A stretch of DNA of 56,471 bases, from the NCBI GenBank assembly GCA_900766775.1, contig CAAFXN010000080.1, positions 1 through 56,471 on the forward strand, given 5' to 3'. The translations under genes were made by a program, and so were the position numbers. Numbering within the stretch: the first letter of the stretch is position 1; each line of letters begins with the position of its first letter. Source of the stretch: Bacteroidales bacterium (GTDB lineage: Bacteria > Bacteroidota > Bacteroidia > Bacteroidales > Paludibacteraceae). A model generated the notes under the pieces. The model made no database searches. It worked only from the letters and a program-made list of their open reading frames with translations, and had not been told where the DNA came from. Below, piece by piece: positions 10,901 to 18,734 of the stretch.

Positions 10901-13213
10901 AGCGGCGTAGGTAAGGGTTGTTTTCTCTGTAGGAGCCAAATCATTGGGCAACGCGATAGTCGCAATAGGAGAATATGCATAGGAAGCATAGACCATTATC
11001 GGCATACCTTGCTGCAAGGTATAACTGCCTGTATTGCTTATTTCTATGTTCAACTGCATCGTATCGCCCACTTCCAGCGTTGTTTGCTCCATAGACAGGC
11101 TCGCCATTGCATCGGGCAGTGTCTGGTCGGATATAGAGAACCACAGATTGGCTTTGGAGAATCCCTCTGCTGTGGCTTGCAAGGCGATAGTTACGTCATC
11201 TCCGTGTAGGGTGTTGTTTTGGGCTTGAATATTGAACACAACGCTCGTCTCACCCGTAGGTATCGTTACTGTCTCGGGGAGGGTTACCACCATGGTGTTA
11301 TCCGCAGACAATGTTACCACGAGCGGTGCGGTGGGTGCTGTATTGCGGCTAAGGGTAACAGACAGGGTCTCTCCCTCGTTGATAACAGCACGATTGGCTT
11401 TCAACGATAGTGTAGGACCATCATTATCGGTGATGGTCAATCGGGCAGTGGCTACGCCCACCGTCTCGGAAGGCTGGACATTGCAACGGCATGCACTGCT
11501 ATACACCGCTGCGGTGATAGTATGGACGCGCTCGCCATCCACTATCGCATTATCAATGGCTCCCAAGCGAAGTGTTGCCTCTTCCACCCCCGCTGGCATT
11601 TCTATGCGTGAAGTGCCGTAATATATCTCGCCTTCTGAATCATCATACAACAGCACTTGGACAGCCCGCTGTATGTTTGTTGTTTTGCGAATAGTAGCCG
11701 TTACGGCGAGTGGACCGTCTGACTCGGAAACTACATCGGGCGCGAGCACCAACTGCAATGCTGGTATGTCGTTATCTACAAGGGTAAACACCTGCTTGGC
11801 TGCCTGATACCCCGTTGCCGAAACGGTGATAGACATCTCCTCGTTGAGGTTGACTGTTTGGTCTTCGATGCCTGTAACTTGTATGGTTGCGGCGGTCTCT
11901 CCTGCCGGTATGAGGACGGTAGCGGGGACGCTGAGGCGCGAGGAGGACGGACGAATGGTCAGGAGAAGGTCGGAAGCCGAGGCACGCTCCAAGGTGATGG
12001 TCGCTGTGGTACTCTCTCCTTCGTTTAACTGCTCCGCATCCATCGCAACCATGATACGCGGATACGTGTCATCATTGAGGATAACTACGCCCTCCACCGT
12101 TGCATAGCCCTGCGTATCGTCCGTGATAGTGAAATGCACCACTGAGTCGGCATCCAGTTGATTGTTCGCTTCCACTTGCAGATAGATATACTTCCCCGAT
12201 TGCCCTTTCTGTATGGTGATGGTCTCGGGGAGCACCACTCGCGCATCCGCATCTTTCGTCAGTCGGAAGGTCTCTGCGGCGGATGTGCTGCCGCTGCGAG
12301 TCAGTTGCAGACGATACGACTGATATGACGCTTCGTCGATGTGTATGCTCGTCGGCGTGATGACCAGTTGTTTTTCGATGGTCAAGGTGCCGGCAGAGAG
12401 TGCCGTGTTGTTTGCCTGCATCCAAGTAGGCTCGCCCGCATTAGCATTGGGCACTATGGTTACGCGCACCTGCGCCTCACCGTCTATACCCACGATAGCG
12501 GGCAAGGTGAGTGTCGCTTGGCGGTTCACCGATGCTCCCGCGTTTAGCACGCCATCATAATAGAGTGTGCCCACGCATTTCTCCGTTCCGTCTGTCCCTA
12601 CGAGAAACAGTCGCTCGCTCCAGCCATCCGTAGTGCCCAATCCACCGATGTTGGCGACGCTCCATTGAATATCCAGTGCTCCATTTGGCGATATGCTCAC
12701 GGTTGACAGTTGCACATTCTGTACCTCCAAGTCAGCACTTTTGATGATAGATATTGCACCGGCGGAATAGTCGCTTGCAAGGTTATCACCTTGGCTATCG
12801 GCTATCACGAGGTTGGTAATCGTCATGTTCAGTACATCTCCTTCCTGCACAGAGGCATCGGTGTACAGTGGGATGGTGAATAACGTACCCTTCCTGCCGA
12901 TAATCGGTTTGTTTTCTGCAGAGAACACCATACAAAGATAGGTGCTGTCCGTCATGTTCTTCACCTTGAGGCTATGCCCGTCGGCTCGCTCGGTGAGCGT
13001 TGCTTCACTGGACGTGAGATACAAGCCCGATGGGAGGGTAATGGTAAATTGGAGCGCAACAATATCCGCACTGTTCTCCATCTCCACCGGCATCTGTATC
13101 GTATTGCCCGATGCTACCGTCAGATCCGGAATACGTATCGCATTATTCTGCCCTTGTGCAGCGCTCGCTGCCACCCATAATGCCGCTAACAGGATATATA
13201 ATTTTGTTTTCAT
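4973..13213 (-). CDS. giant secreted multidomain surface protein (2746 aa), cohesin-like N-terminus
   Basis: Signal peptide MKTKLYILLAALWVAASAAQG. A cohesin-like module follows (IRIPDLTVASGNTIQMPVEMENSADIVALQFTITLPSGL...). Then come CARDB-like modules, four Calx-beta-like modules ending in xDND(I/G)P, and a CarboxypepD_reg-like module (RGAAVRVSHPTTGKTIAEGTTDENGLF). A Cys-rich central region, InlB-B-repeat-like modules and three cadherin-like beta-sandwich repeats follow. The tail is RKIFRNGQLIIIRGEQCYTPLGITYPK. Confidence 0.9.
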   Translation of the reverse strand: MKTKLYILLAALWVAASAAQGQNNAIRIPDLTVASGNTIQMPVEMENSADIVALQFTITLPSGLYLTSSEATLTERADGHSLKVKNMTDSTYLCMVFSAENKPIIGRKGTLFTIPLYTDASVQEGDVLNMTITNLVIADSQGDNLASDYSAGAISIIKSADLEVQNVQLSTVSISPNGALDIQWSVANIGGLGTTDGWSERLFLVGTDGTEKCVGTLYYDGVLNAGASVNRQATLTLPAIVGIDGEAQVRVTIVPNANAGEPTWMQANNTALSAGTLTIEKQLVITPTSIHIDEASYQSYRLQLTRSGSTSAAETFRLTKDADARVVLPETITIQKGQSGKYIYLQVEANNQLDADSVVHFTITDDTQGYATVEGVVILNDDTYPRIMVAMDAEQLNEGESTTATITLERASASDLLLTIRPSSSRLSVPATVLIPAGETAATIQVTGIEDQTVNLNEEMSITVSATGYQAAKQVFTLVDNDIPALQLVLAPDVVSESDGPLAVTATIRKTTNIQRAVQVLLYDDSEGEIYYGTSRIEMPAGVEEATLRLGAIDNAIVDGERVHTITAAVYSSACRCNVQPSETVGVATARLTITDNDGPTLSLKANRAVINEGETLSVTLSRNTAPTAPLVVTLSADNTMVVTLPETVTIPTGETSVVFNIQAQNNTLHGDDVTIALQATAEGFSKANLWFSISDQTLPDAMASLSMEQTTLEVGDTMQLNIEISNTGSYTLQQGMPIMVYASYAYSPIATIALPNDLAPTEKTTLTYAAPVPSKIGTYQVYAVANEKKEQKELSYSNNYSQVLKIDVISPFQLSVQTEKALYQVGDSVLISGQVGGKKQANQTIEVYAINDGYRYATTVTSDESGHFQMNYQPKEWQIGTFAVGACYPNEGKREPMATISVYGMKRTSTNAITHQLVLGDVATGSIRIQNPCHVPLKGLAVKVVSKPEDCTFNIEAPSEIPAGSSVALTYQLTPTQSTEGNDWSKVELLAQTEEGVELPITVYYFCQNPRGALVASLARINTTMVKGQERVYSFILTNVGRGETGKISLELPSFMSLATPREMPSMQYADSAQVILLFTPTDDMPLNYPVTGTIGINCANGSGLSLPFSITPVSESMGTLVVDVCDENTYYTAEAPHLRGAAVRVSHPTTGKTIAEGTTDENGLFTTELQEGYYVLDVTANGHSSYRKNILVDPGTETKTVINLSIEAIRVDFQVEETEIEDEYDITTTVQYETNVPVPVVELTMPNSIPAKELGDGESLIFYAVLTNKGLITAEDVSLVLPSDFSVLQFEALSYNEPFRLAPQQSVQIPVRVTNTTNTAIDEPAQEEASVAPIKTKLLPPTSNKPIDNDPCVGQVGTLYYWDCGNDRRWHRYDVAMQVGACNSKDSTTWEIIKYPPTYGEEIPNPYYPSSPGSVPTLGGSGIFGTIATIVAGPPTEDKGCEPCQNEFLLKILECGLSFIPGYNDCLPGIIDCARNVNVTGWNRQNGISCSLTGLGCLASLFSKWVNPAIGITISVISCINSFLQPCEKEGTSAKQALQGRYASPYQDNGYPSYIQDFQGKAEIMLDAQTAYCAYYIELFGDSIWMENTSPVELYDLLSAISLSVETTLQSNDYLAYKPAGITDAQFELFIQRLNNSNLPQEQQVGLTNCINVDHLADCAAIILEQEDKCRAMGYGSMEEMWQAETTKLQERLEEASQAVCASISLQFSQQMVLTRQAFEGTLTVFNGHETDAMENIRLNLEVRDPMGIVATAHEFQTNLASIDQFNGELAFDAGWTLSAQQTGVAKIQFIPTKYAAPMVETPYTFGGTLTYTDPFTGLDVTRELFPVTLTVKPAPNLELTYFMQRDILGDDPLTEEIEPSLDAQFALLIHNKGYGDATNVRMTTEQPSIVDNQKGLLLNMAIMSTQLNGQEKTLALGKQTTTEFGNIPAQSTTYAQWWFRSSLLGHFTDYDVKATQVNSCGNPDLSLLDTVTIRELIHAVRVGDMLGFLTNDIIDDDDLPDMLYTTDGETESVAINTATQISRISNTEYTLLVTPSSTGWNYGSVADPTYGKAALLSVVRKSDGENIPLDNFWLTDRTLRDGKQPLYENRIHFADRFATLSAETYQLTFMPTPDTWLAVDTIIGIPENGFATSPITELIVVFNKPINSATFTTDDITISCQGEALNAQLITITPQNERTYTIDLSKLYTLAGNGYYQLTIQTTDITDMENFQGKSGKSKGWNMYREGNISLTSKVLPADGGTVVVPKNIAYGETFNMTASPNEGFLFCYWSVNDEQITDVSTCSYTALGDMKAVAVFDKKKYRVQVDTPQGGTIEGNSTGIYPYGEELCFTAHADDGFTFAGWIVDGVEQGANYLGAQASSNVLQLTVAASHNIQAQFVAIRRLTLLATPSEGGTVDGDGDYLLGSEVFVTANAATDYTFVRWSDGLTENPRTITLTEDSTLWAEFVHDAALVSITYDGVPVPDFNPAVLEYTVELPATQTDCPVIAATPYDAQSRIVLIQATVLPGQASVVVIAKTGALLTYTIKFTRKLSSDATLSALAYNGISVENFRPDHFIYEVSLPSSTTAIPTISAISSDLGASVIIVQATTFPGQASVVVISADGSNTTTYTVEFQMGLSSDASLMSMAFNGTPIEPFDAKEFSYMVTLPQGTALIPYLTAEPSDPLATVDIEQATGLPGEAHVLVTAENGTQQTYVVFFTIVSTPTSISEIENTTVVRKIFRNGQLIIIRGEQCYTPLGITYPK

Positions 13214-13237
13214 AATGAATGTAGGGTTAACATGTTT

Positions 13238-16200
13238 TTACTTAACAATCACTTTCCGTACTGCTCCGTTGCTGACTACAATATTTATTCCTTGCAGCAA
13301 ACCGTTCTGTTTGCGCCCAAGCACATCATACAGTGCGCTATCTCCCATCGTCTGTACCTCATCCGCCGCGGTGGTTATTTCGCTCACCACTTGTATGGAG
13401 ATAGGTTGTGCCTCGGGGTCAGACAGCGAAATGGCTTGTACCCATACTGCTTTGTTCTGCACGCTGCCCAATACAATATCATCGTTGGCAGGCAGTGTAG
13501 CGCCGCTCAGAGAGTATGCCACCACATTCCCGTTGCTTATCGTTTGCGTCAGTCCTTGTGCGGCAATATCCCAATCCACACCTGCTGCTTTGATACATAG
13601 CGCACCTACAGGGATGGGGGAACGGAGCACCACTTGCTCGTTGCGTACATACAATACCGCCGTATTGGGTGCATCGCCCATCGCCTCTGCCTTGACGCGA
13701 GCAGGCTTTGGACTTACCGAGGCAGTGCTGTCCGACAGCAGCATGTTTACCAAACAAATCACATCCTGCACATTGATAATACTATCGGCATACACATCCG
13801 CCGCAGTGGAGTTGAAGAAAGTACCATATTCCTCAAAAATGAACAGCACCAACGCTTGCAAATCCGTGGCATCTACACCTCTTCCGAAATTTACATCCCC
13901 CATATCAAATGTCCATGCCATGCGAAAAGAGGTGTTATTAGAATCCCCCCCGTTCCTATCCACATTGAGGGTGTCTCCCGAGTTGCCGTAGAAAGCAACA
14001 GTCGAGTACCAGTAGTATAGGATGTTATCTTCTGATATTTCCATTCTTATGCCTCCATATGGCTGTATTTTTTCAGAATACAGCGACAGCGATACATTAT
14101 CCGAATAGGAATTGTTGCTCCCGTCATACCGCACAATGGTAGGTAGCATCTGTAGCAATTCTTGCGCTGACACGGAAGATATATCCACCTGATATACCGT
14201 ATCTAACTGCTGATGACCGATATCTATGTACCCTAACTTCCTCGGCAACACCGGCGACAGCTCCATAAAGCGGTTGTTGTTCGCGTATAATGTAGTGAGG
14301 GATGGCAGGCTGTCCACTATCGGCGTGATATTACCCTCGAAACTATTGGAAGAGATATTGAGCGTCTGCAATTTCTTAAACCGCAATGCCCTCGGCACTT
14401 CGCCGCTCAACCCCATGTTCGACAAATCCAATTCAATAATACGCCCTTGTTTGCAGGTTATGCGGTCAAATTGCAACCCATCCTCTCTGCCCACGGAGAA
14501 GTCCCAATTCAGCACATCCTCTCCCATACCTCCGGCTCGCAATTCGGCATACAACTCCTGCAAAATCTGCCAGTCCTCCTCTGCGATAGGATATTCCTGC
14601 AACCACACATTCGCCCCCACCAACTCCGGCACACCGCCGTAGTTCTTCAGTTTGCCTATCGCCCACACGCTGTCGCCTACTTCCACATATCCACTTGTCA
14701 TATACCCCTGATAAACAGTCAGCATCTCCTCATTGCAGCCTATGGAAAATGTCTGCTCCGTGTACCAACCACCTGTCGAAGTTACCTCGCTCACTACCCC
14801 CCGCAGGCTATACCATTCGAGGAGTACCTCATTGCTGTCAGCCCTATTGCACAGTGTGATTGCCTCACACGGACTTACCTCTATCGTGTCTATGTGCACA
14901 GCCGCTGCCTGCAAAACCTCCACGCTCCCGTTCTTTATCTCCGGCGAGTGCTCGTCTTTTGACGAAGAATAATAGTGGAACAAATTGCCCGAAAGCATAA
15001 TCTTATCGCCCACATTCAGCGGCATATCACCCGGCAGGAATGCCCAATAGCCTTGGAAAGTCCTTTCCCCCGAGCCACGCACGTCATCCATATAGAATGT
15101 CTGCTGCCCGCGTGATACCACACCATCCGTCTCCGTTATATAGCCCATCACCGTTACACTTGCGCCAGAGGTATTTTCCGTGAGTGAAAGAGCCTGCGTG
15201 CGAGCCTCCGCACAACTAATGTATTTCAACTCGCCCACTACTTTTATGTCATACACCTGTATCTCCGTCCCCGCCGTTGCATAACCGAAGTCGAACACTA
15301 AGATACCGTTAGTACCGTAGTTATACTGCCCCGTCAGGATAAACGTCCGCTCTTCGTTGGCGGTCAGCGCATTGTCATTCACCTCGTATAGGATTCCTTG
15401 GTCAAATGCTTTGATGGTAATATTGTTCACATCTTTGTTCGCTCTCATCCGCACCCGAATAGCCACCTCGGTGTAGTCTTTCAAATACTGTAAGTTGCTG
15501 TGCAACCACGTTTGCGCCTGCCACCTCGATTGCTTATCTTCGGCGATAGACACGCGCAGCGTATCGTTGCTCCATACGGCATAACTCTTGTATTCTTGTT
15601 CCCAATTTCCGTCAAAGAACATCGTGGTGCACGTGTCCACCACCATCACATTCTCCCCCTCGGGCATATAGGTGCACTCCGTCCATCTGCCCTCCGAATA
15701 GTCGAACACCAGCGTGTCCACATCGGTCAATACGATGTTCGTGTCCATCACCTGCCATACGCTGCCGTTGTACATCGCTATCTGGTTGCTCCATGTCGTG
15801 TCCTTCACCTCGCGGAAACGCATCTTATCCCCTAACGCTGCCAGAAAATCCAACTCGTAGCAACCTAAACTACCATTATACACCATCGGTGTCTTCGTCC
15901 ATACATTAAACGTACCTGACACGGCGGGCGCATACTCCGGATGCTCCTCGCAAGCGGGCGCATACAGGCTGACGTGATAGGTAATCATCGTGTCCATCTC
16001 ACATAGGTTGCGATGCTCTTTCCAGTATGCCGAAACCAGCACCACAGGCGTTGCCTTGCTGTAGTTCACCAGGTCTGACTCGGTATCCACCCCTTGGATG
16101 ATATTCACCGAACCGCTCAGCAATGTCCACGATGCCACATCGCCTGCCTGATTCTCCCACGAGAACGAACCATCCTTGCGCAGTTGTACCGGCTTACCTT

Positions 16201-17704
16201 CTATCACCGCCGAGTCGTCATTCACTGCCACTACCCACCAGCCTTCGTAACCCTCTACCGGTTGGAACAATACACACTCTTCCTTGCTCGTTGCCCATTG
16301 GTTATACGTGCCCGTAAACACAATATCATTGCATACTTCCCCTTCAAACTTTATGCACACACACAACTGACCTTCTTCGTAATACTGCGACAGCACTTCA
16401 TTCGTAGGATACTCCAGCGAGACATCACCGCCTATAATCGACTCTAACGTTACCCAAGTGCTCGTGCTGTTGTTATAGCACATCCCCCGTTCAAAAGTCA
16501 AATCTTTGGTCTGCAGCCCATTACCCCCATTGTTAAAAATACAATTCGCGTATTTCCCATGCTCGCACGAATACATCCACACACCATCATACCCCGTTTC
16601 CTCCATCGCTACCCCGGGCCATGCAGCGTTGTCCACTGCCGAAGTTCCGACAGGGCTCCAAGCGTAGCAATGCATATTACTCCATCCCACAGCATCATAG
16701 CAATATACTGTATCGAAATCAGGTACCACCGGCACAATAGGCGTATCCGGGATTGTCGGCTCCTGATAAGGTAGTACCGAAATCCGAGCAATACGATAAC
16801 CACCTGCCGTTTCCATTAGGCAGCAATGCGTACAATCTTGCTTAACCACATACCGAAGATGTTCCCAAGCCGCATAATCATCGCTCACCGAAGTACCGGA
16901 TGACGCTGCTACTTGATGTTCATCCTCCAAGCCATCCACCGGAATCAGATTGCATGAATCAGCAAACGATACACTCATTATCGGAAGCGTCGTACCCTTT
17001 GCACTCAATACATATTCAATGGTATCACCTCCCGCCACATTGTCAATAGAGATATACGTACACTTCCCATTGGTACGCATGTATGCGTCTCTAAACGAGA
17101 AGAAACTTGCTTTTGTTGTCGAGTTTGCATACCAAAAATGTAAATCCGGCATTGATAAAAAAGATACACCCATCGTATCACCAATACCAGTATATGACAC
17201 CTCAACATAAGTAGCAGTCGCTACCTCAGCGGGTCCGCTTACCGAGATATCCGATTGTTCTACTGCGTACAAGTTGTATGTTCGTTTTCTATCGCTTGTC
17301 TCCTCGCCACCAACAGGTTCGTCACTATCGCCTTCATTTCCGACATCCGTCAAGACGACCGTTACCTGCGTGATACGAGTCTGCTTGCTCACCGTGGCAA
17401 CCCACATAGTATCTACGGGTTCTACATTAGGAAATGTATCTTTTGTGGTTGTAGCATACAAGAAAGACACACGCTCAATAGGGCAATTGGCAGATATCAG
17501 CAATGTGCCGCCGATATATATCCGCAACGATTCACTCGCTACATATCCCGAGTTCGTAAACAATGTTACACCCTCTTTTGTCAACTCTACCGGACTGCCC
17601 GTTCCCGACGTGCCTCCACTCAGTTCCGAATGCAGAATCGTTACGGTCTTAGCAGGAGCAAGCACAGAAAAAAACAAGAAAATAAACAAGAAAAACTTTT
17701 TCAT
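13238..17704 (-). CDS. large secreted protein (1488 aa) with CBM-like, LRR and dockerin-like modules and canonical T9SS C-terminal domain
   Basis: Signal peptide MKKFFLFIFLFFSVLAPA. Starch-binding-like segment HCYAWSPVGTSAVDNAAWPGVAM. LRRs LDLSNMGLSGEVPRAL..LQTLNISSNSFEGNI. Dockerin-like pair GDVNFGRGVDATDLQALVLFIF / AADVYADSIINVQDVICLVNMLL (about 13727-13903). C-terminus ...LYDVLGRKQNGLLQGINIVVSNGAVRKVIVK. Confidence 0.9.
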   Translation of the reverse strand: MKKFFLFIFLFFSVLAPAKTVTILHSELSGGTSGTGSPVELTKEGVTLFTNSGYVASESLRIYIGGTLLISANCPIERVSFLYATTTKDTFPNVEPVDTMWVATVSKQTRITQVTVVLTDVGNEGDSDEPVGGEETSDRKRTYNLYAVEQSDISVSGPAEVATATYVEVSYTGIGDTMGVSFLSMPDLHFWYANSTTKASFFSFRDAYMRTNGKCTYISIDNVAGGDTIEYVLSAKGTTLPIMSVSFADSCNLIPVDGLEDEHQVAASSGTSVSDDYAAWEHLRYVVKQDCTHCCLMETAGGYRIARISVLPYQEPTIPDTPIVPVVPDFDTVYCYDAVGWSNMHCYAWSPVGTSAVDNAAWPGVAMEETGYDGVWMYSCEHGKYANCIFNNGGNGLQTKDLTFERGMCYNNSTSTWVTLESIIGGDVSLEYPTNEVLSQYYEEGQLCVCIKFEGEVCNDIVFTGTYNQWATSKEECVLFQPVEGYEGWWVVAVNDDSAVIEGKPVQLRKDGSFSWENQAGDVASWTLLSGSVNIIQGVDTESDLVNYSKATPVVLVSAYWKEHRNLCEMDTMITYHVSLYAPACEEHPEYAPAVSGTFNVWTKTPMVYNGSLGCYELDFLAALGDKMRFREVKDTTWSNQIAMYNGSVWQVMDTNIVLTDVDTLVFDYSEGRWTECTYMPEGENVMVVDTCTTMFFDGNWEQEYKSYAVWSNDTLRVSIAEDKQSRWQAQTWLHSNLQYLKDYTEVAIRVRMRANKDVNNITIKAFDQGILYEVNDNALTANEERTFILTGQYNYGTNGILVFDFGYATAGTEIQVYDIKVVGELKYISCAEARTQALSLTENTSGASVTVMGYITETDGVVSRGQQTFYMDDVRGSGERTFQGYWAFLPGDMPLNVGDKIMLSGNLFHYYSSSKDEHSPEIKNGSVEVLQAAAVHIDTIEVSPCEAITLCNRADSNEVLLEWYSLRGVVSEVTSTGGWYTEQTFSIGCNEEMLTVYQGYMTSGYVEVGDSVWAIGKLKNYGGVPELVGANVWLQEYPIAEEDWQILQELYAELRAGGMGEDVLNWDFSVGREDGLQFDRITCKQGRIIELDLSNMGLSGEVPRALRFKKLQTLNISSNSFEGNITPIVDSLPSLTTLYANNNRFMELSPVLPRKLGYIDIGHQQLDTVYQVDISSVSAQELLQMLPTIVRYDGSNNSYSDNVSLSLYSEKIQPYGGIRMEISEDNILYYWYSTVAFYGNSGDTLNVDRNGGDSNNTSFRMAWTFDMGDVNFGRGVDATDLQALVLFIFEEYGTFFNSTAADVYADSIINVQDVICLVNMLLSDSTASVSPKPARVKAEAMGDAPNTAVLYVRNEQVVLRSPIPVGALCIKAAGVDWDIAAQGLTQTISNGNVVAYSLSGATLPANDDIVLGSVQNKAVWVQAISLSDPEAQPISIQVVSEITTAADEVQTMGDSALYDVLGRKQNGLLQGINIVVSNGAVRKVIVK

Positions 17705-17803
17705 AAAATATCAGACTTAACGCATTGAATACATCATAAATGGGTTATCCACCTCATATGTATCCTACCCGCCTGCGGGTACAGAGATACAAACTTCCGA
17801 GCG

Positions 17804-17811
17804 CAAAGGTA
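17804..17811 (-). promoter_or_regulatory. -7 promoter box (TAccTTTG) for the 1488-aa/2746-aa gene pair
   Basis: Exact TAnnTTTG on the minus strand, about 100 nt upstream of the ATG at 17704. Confidence 0.4.
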
Positions 17812-17894
17812 CAAAAAAAATTACACCTACGCAAACTTTTTTATAAAAACATTGCCTTTTTATTATTCATTAAAAGCAGAGAATCGAGAAGAGA

Positions 17895-18023
17895 AATCTT
17901 AACAATCGTACTTCTTCGTTGCGGGGTTGGGTTGCGAACGACCCGCGAAAGACCCGCGGGAGACCCGCGAAAAAGACACTACATCGTTGCGGCGGGAGAA
18001 CGGCGGGAAAATCTTAACAATCG
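17895..18023. repeat. composite about 125-bp element: aatcttaaYaatcg direct repeats flanking (GACCCGCGnnn)x3
   Basis: 14-bp boxes at 17895-17908 and 18010-18023, with an 11-bp x3 array at 17940-17972. The same architecture occurs at 56241-56358. Confidence 0.7.
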
Positions 18024-18036
18024 GACTGCATCTTAT

Positions 18037-18147
18037 TTAATTAAGAATTAAGAATTAAGAATTAAGAAGGCGTATGCTCTTTTTTAATTAAGAATTAAGA
18101 GGGCGCATGCTCTAATTAAGAATTAAGAATTAGGATTTAGGATTTTT
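18037..18147. repeat. AATTAAG/AATTAGG heptad arrays
   Basis: Three blocks of tandem 7-mers separated by two copies of agaRggcgYatgctct. The last block encodes the C-terminal KILNPNS and the stop codon of the 196-aa ORF. Confidence 0.8.
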
Positions 18148-18713
18148 TTCAGGCGGTGGTGCTTGCGGCAGGCGTAGGCGGCGGCGAGGAGGAACAGGGG
18201 CAGCAGGGGTTCGCCTACGGGTAGCGGGGGCTCATCAACGATACCTCCCGGGGTACCGGGCGAGCGTTGCGGCATGGTCGGCGCAGCCGCAGCAGAGGGC
18301 GAATAGACCGTGCCGTCCGCCATGAGCATGGGAGCCGCCGAGAGTTTGGAGAAGCCGACAGTGCCCATGGTCGGCGGGAGCATGTTGTCCGAACGGGGTG
18401 CCGTGGTGCTCACTGCCATGGCAGCGAACACCTCCGCCATGCGTCGGTCGTCGGACAGGCTGCTGCCCGTCTGCATGAGGCGTCGGGAGTAGGTGTCTTG
18501 CGCGTCGCGGTCGGACCCCGATAAAGCGGGATGCAAGCAACCGTAGGACATCGGCGCTACGGAGGTGAAAGGCAGATAGGCGTCCTTCGTCGAGGGCTCG
18601 AACCCCGATAAAGCGGGATGCAAGCAGCGGAAAGAGAACATATCTGCCTGCGCCGCACTGCCGTGAATAAACAGGAGCGCAAGGATGAGGATATAGGTGT
18701 GTTTGTGTTTCAT
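18123..18713 (-). CDS. small secreted Ala/Pro/Ser-rich protein (196 aa) with sorting-signal-like C-terminus
   Basis: Starts 21 nt after the stop of the upstream giant gene. Signal peptide MKHKHTYILILALLFIHGSAAQA. The C-terminus is PLPVGEP, then the hydrophobic LLPLFLLAAAYAC, then the basic RKHHRLKK. The region is GC-rich with ORFs open in several frames, so coding status is not certain. Confidence 0.55.
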   Translation of the reverse strand: MKHKHTYILILALLFIHGSAAQADMFSFRCLHPALSGFEPSTKDAYLPFTSVAPMSYGCLHPALSGSDRDAQDTYSRRLMQTGSSLSDDRRMAEVFAAMAVSTTAPRSDNMLPPTMGTVGFSKLSAAPMLMADGTVYSPSAAAAPTMPQRSPGTPGGIVDEPPLPVGEPLLPLFLLAAAYACRKHHRLKKILNPNS

Positions 18714-18734
18714 GGTGTCGGTCGTTCGGGCGGG

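Noticed and set aside
17740-18051. 103-aa plus-strand ORF in the gap between the two giant-gene pairs.
   Set aside because: It is composed almost entirely of the dispersed repeat elements and heptads. Its basic low-complexity translation has no start context.
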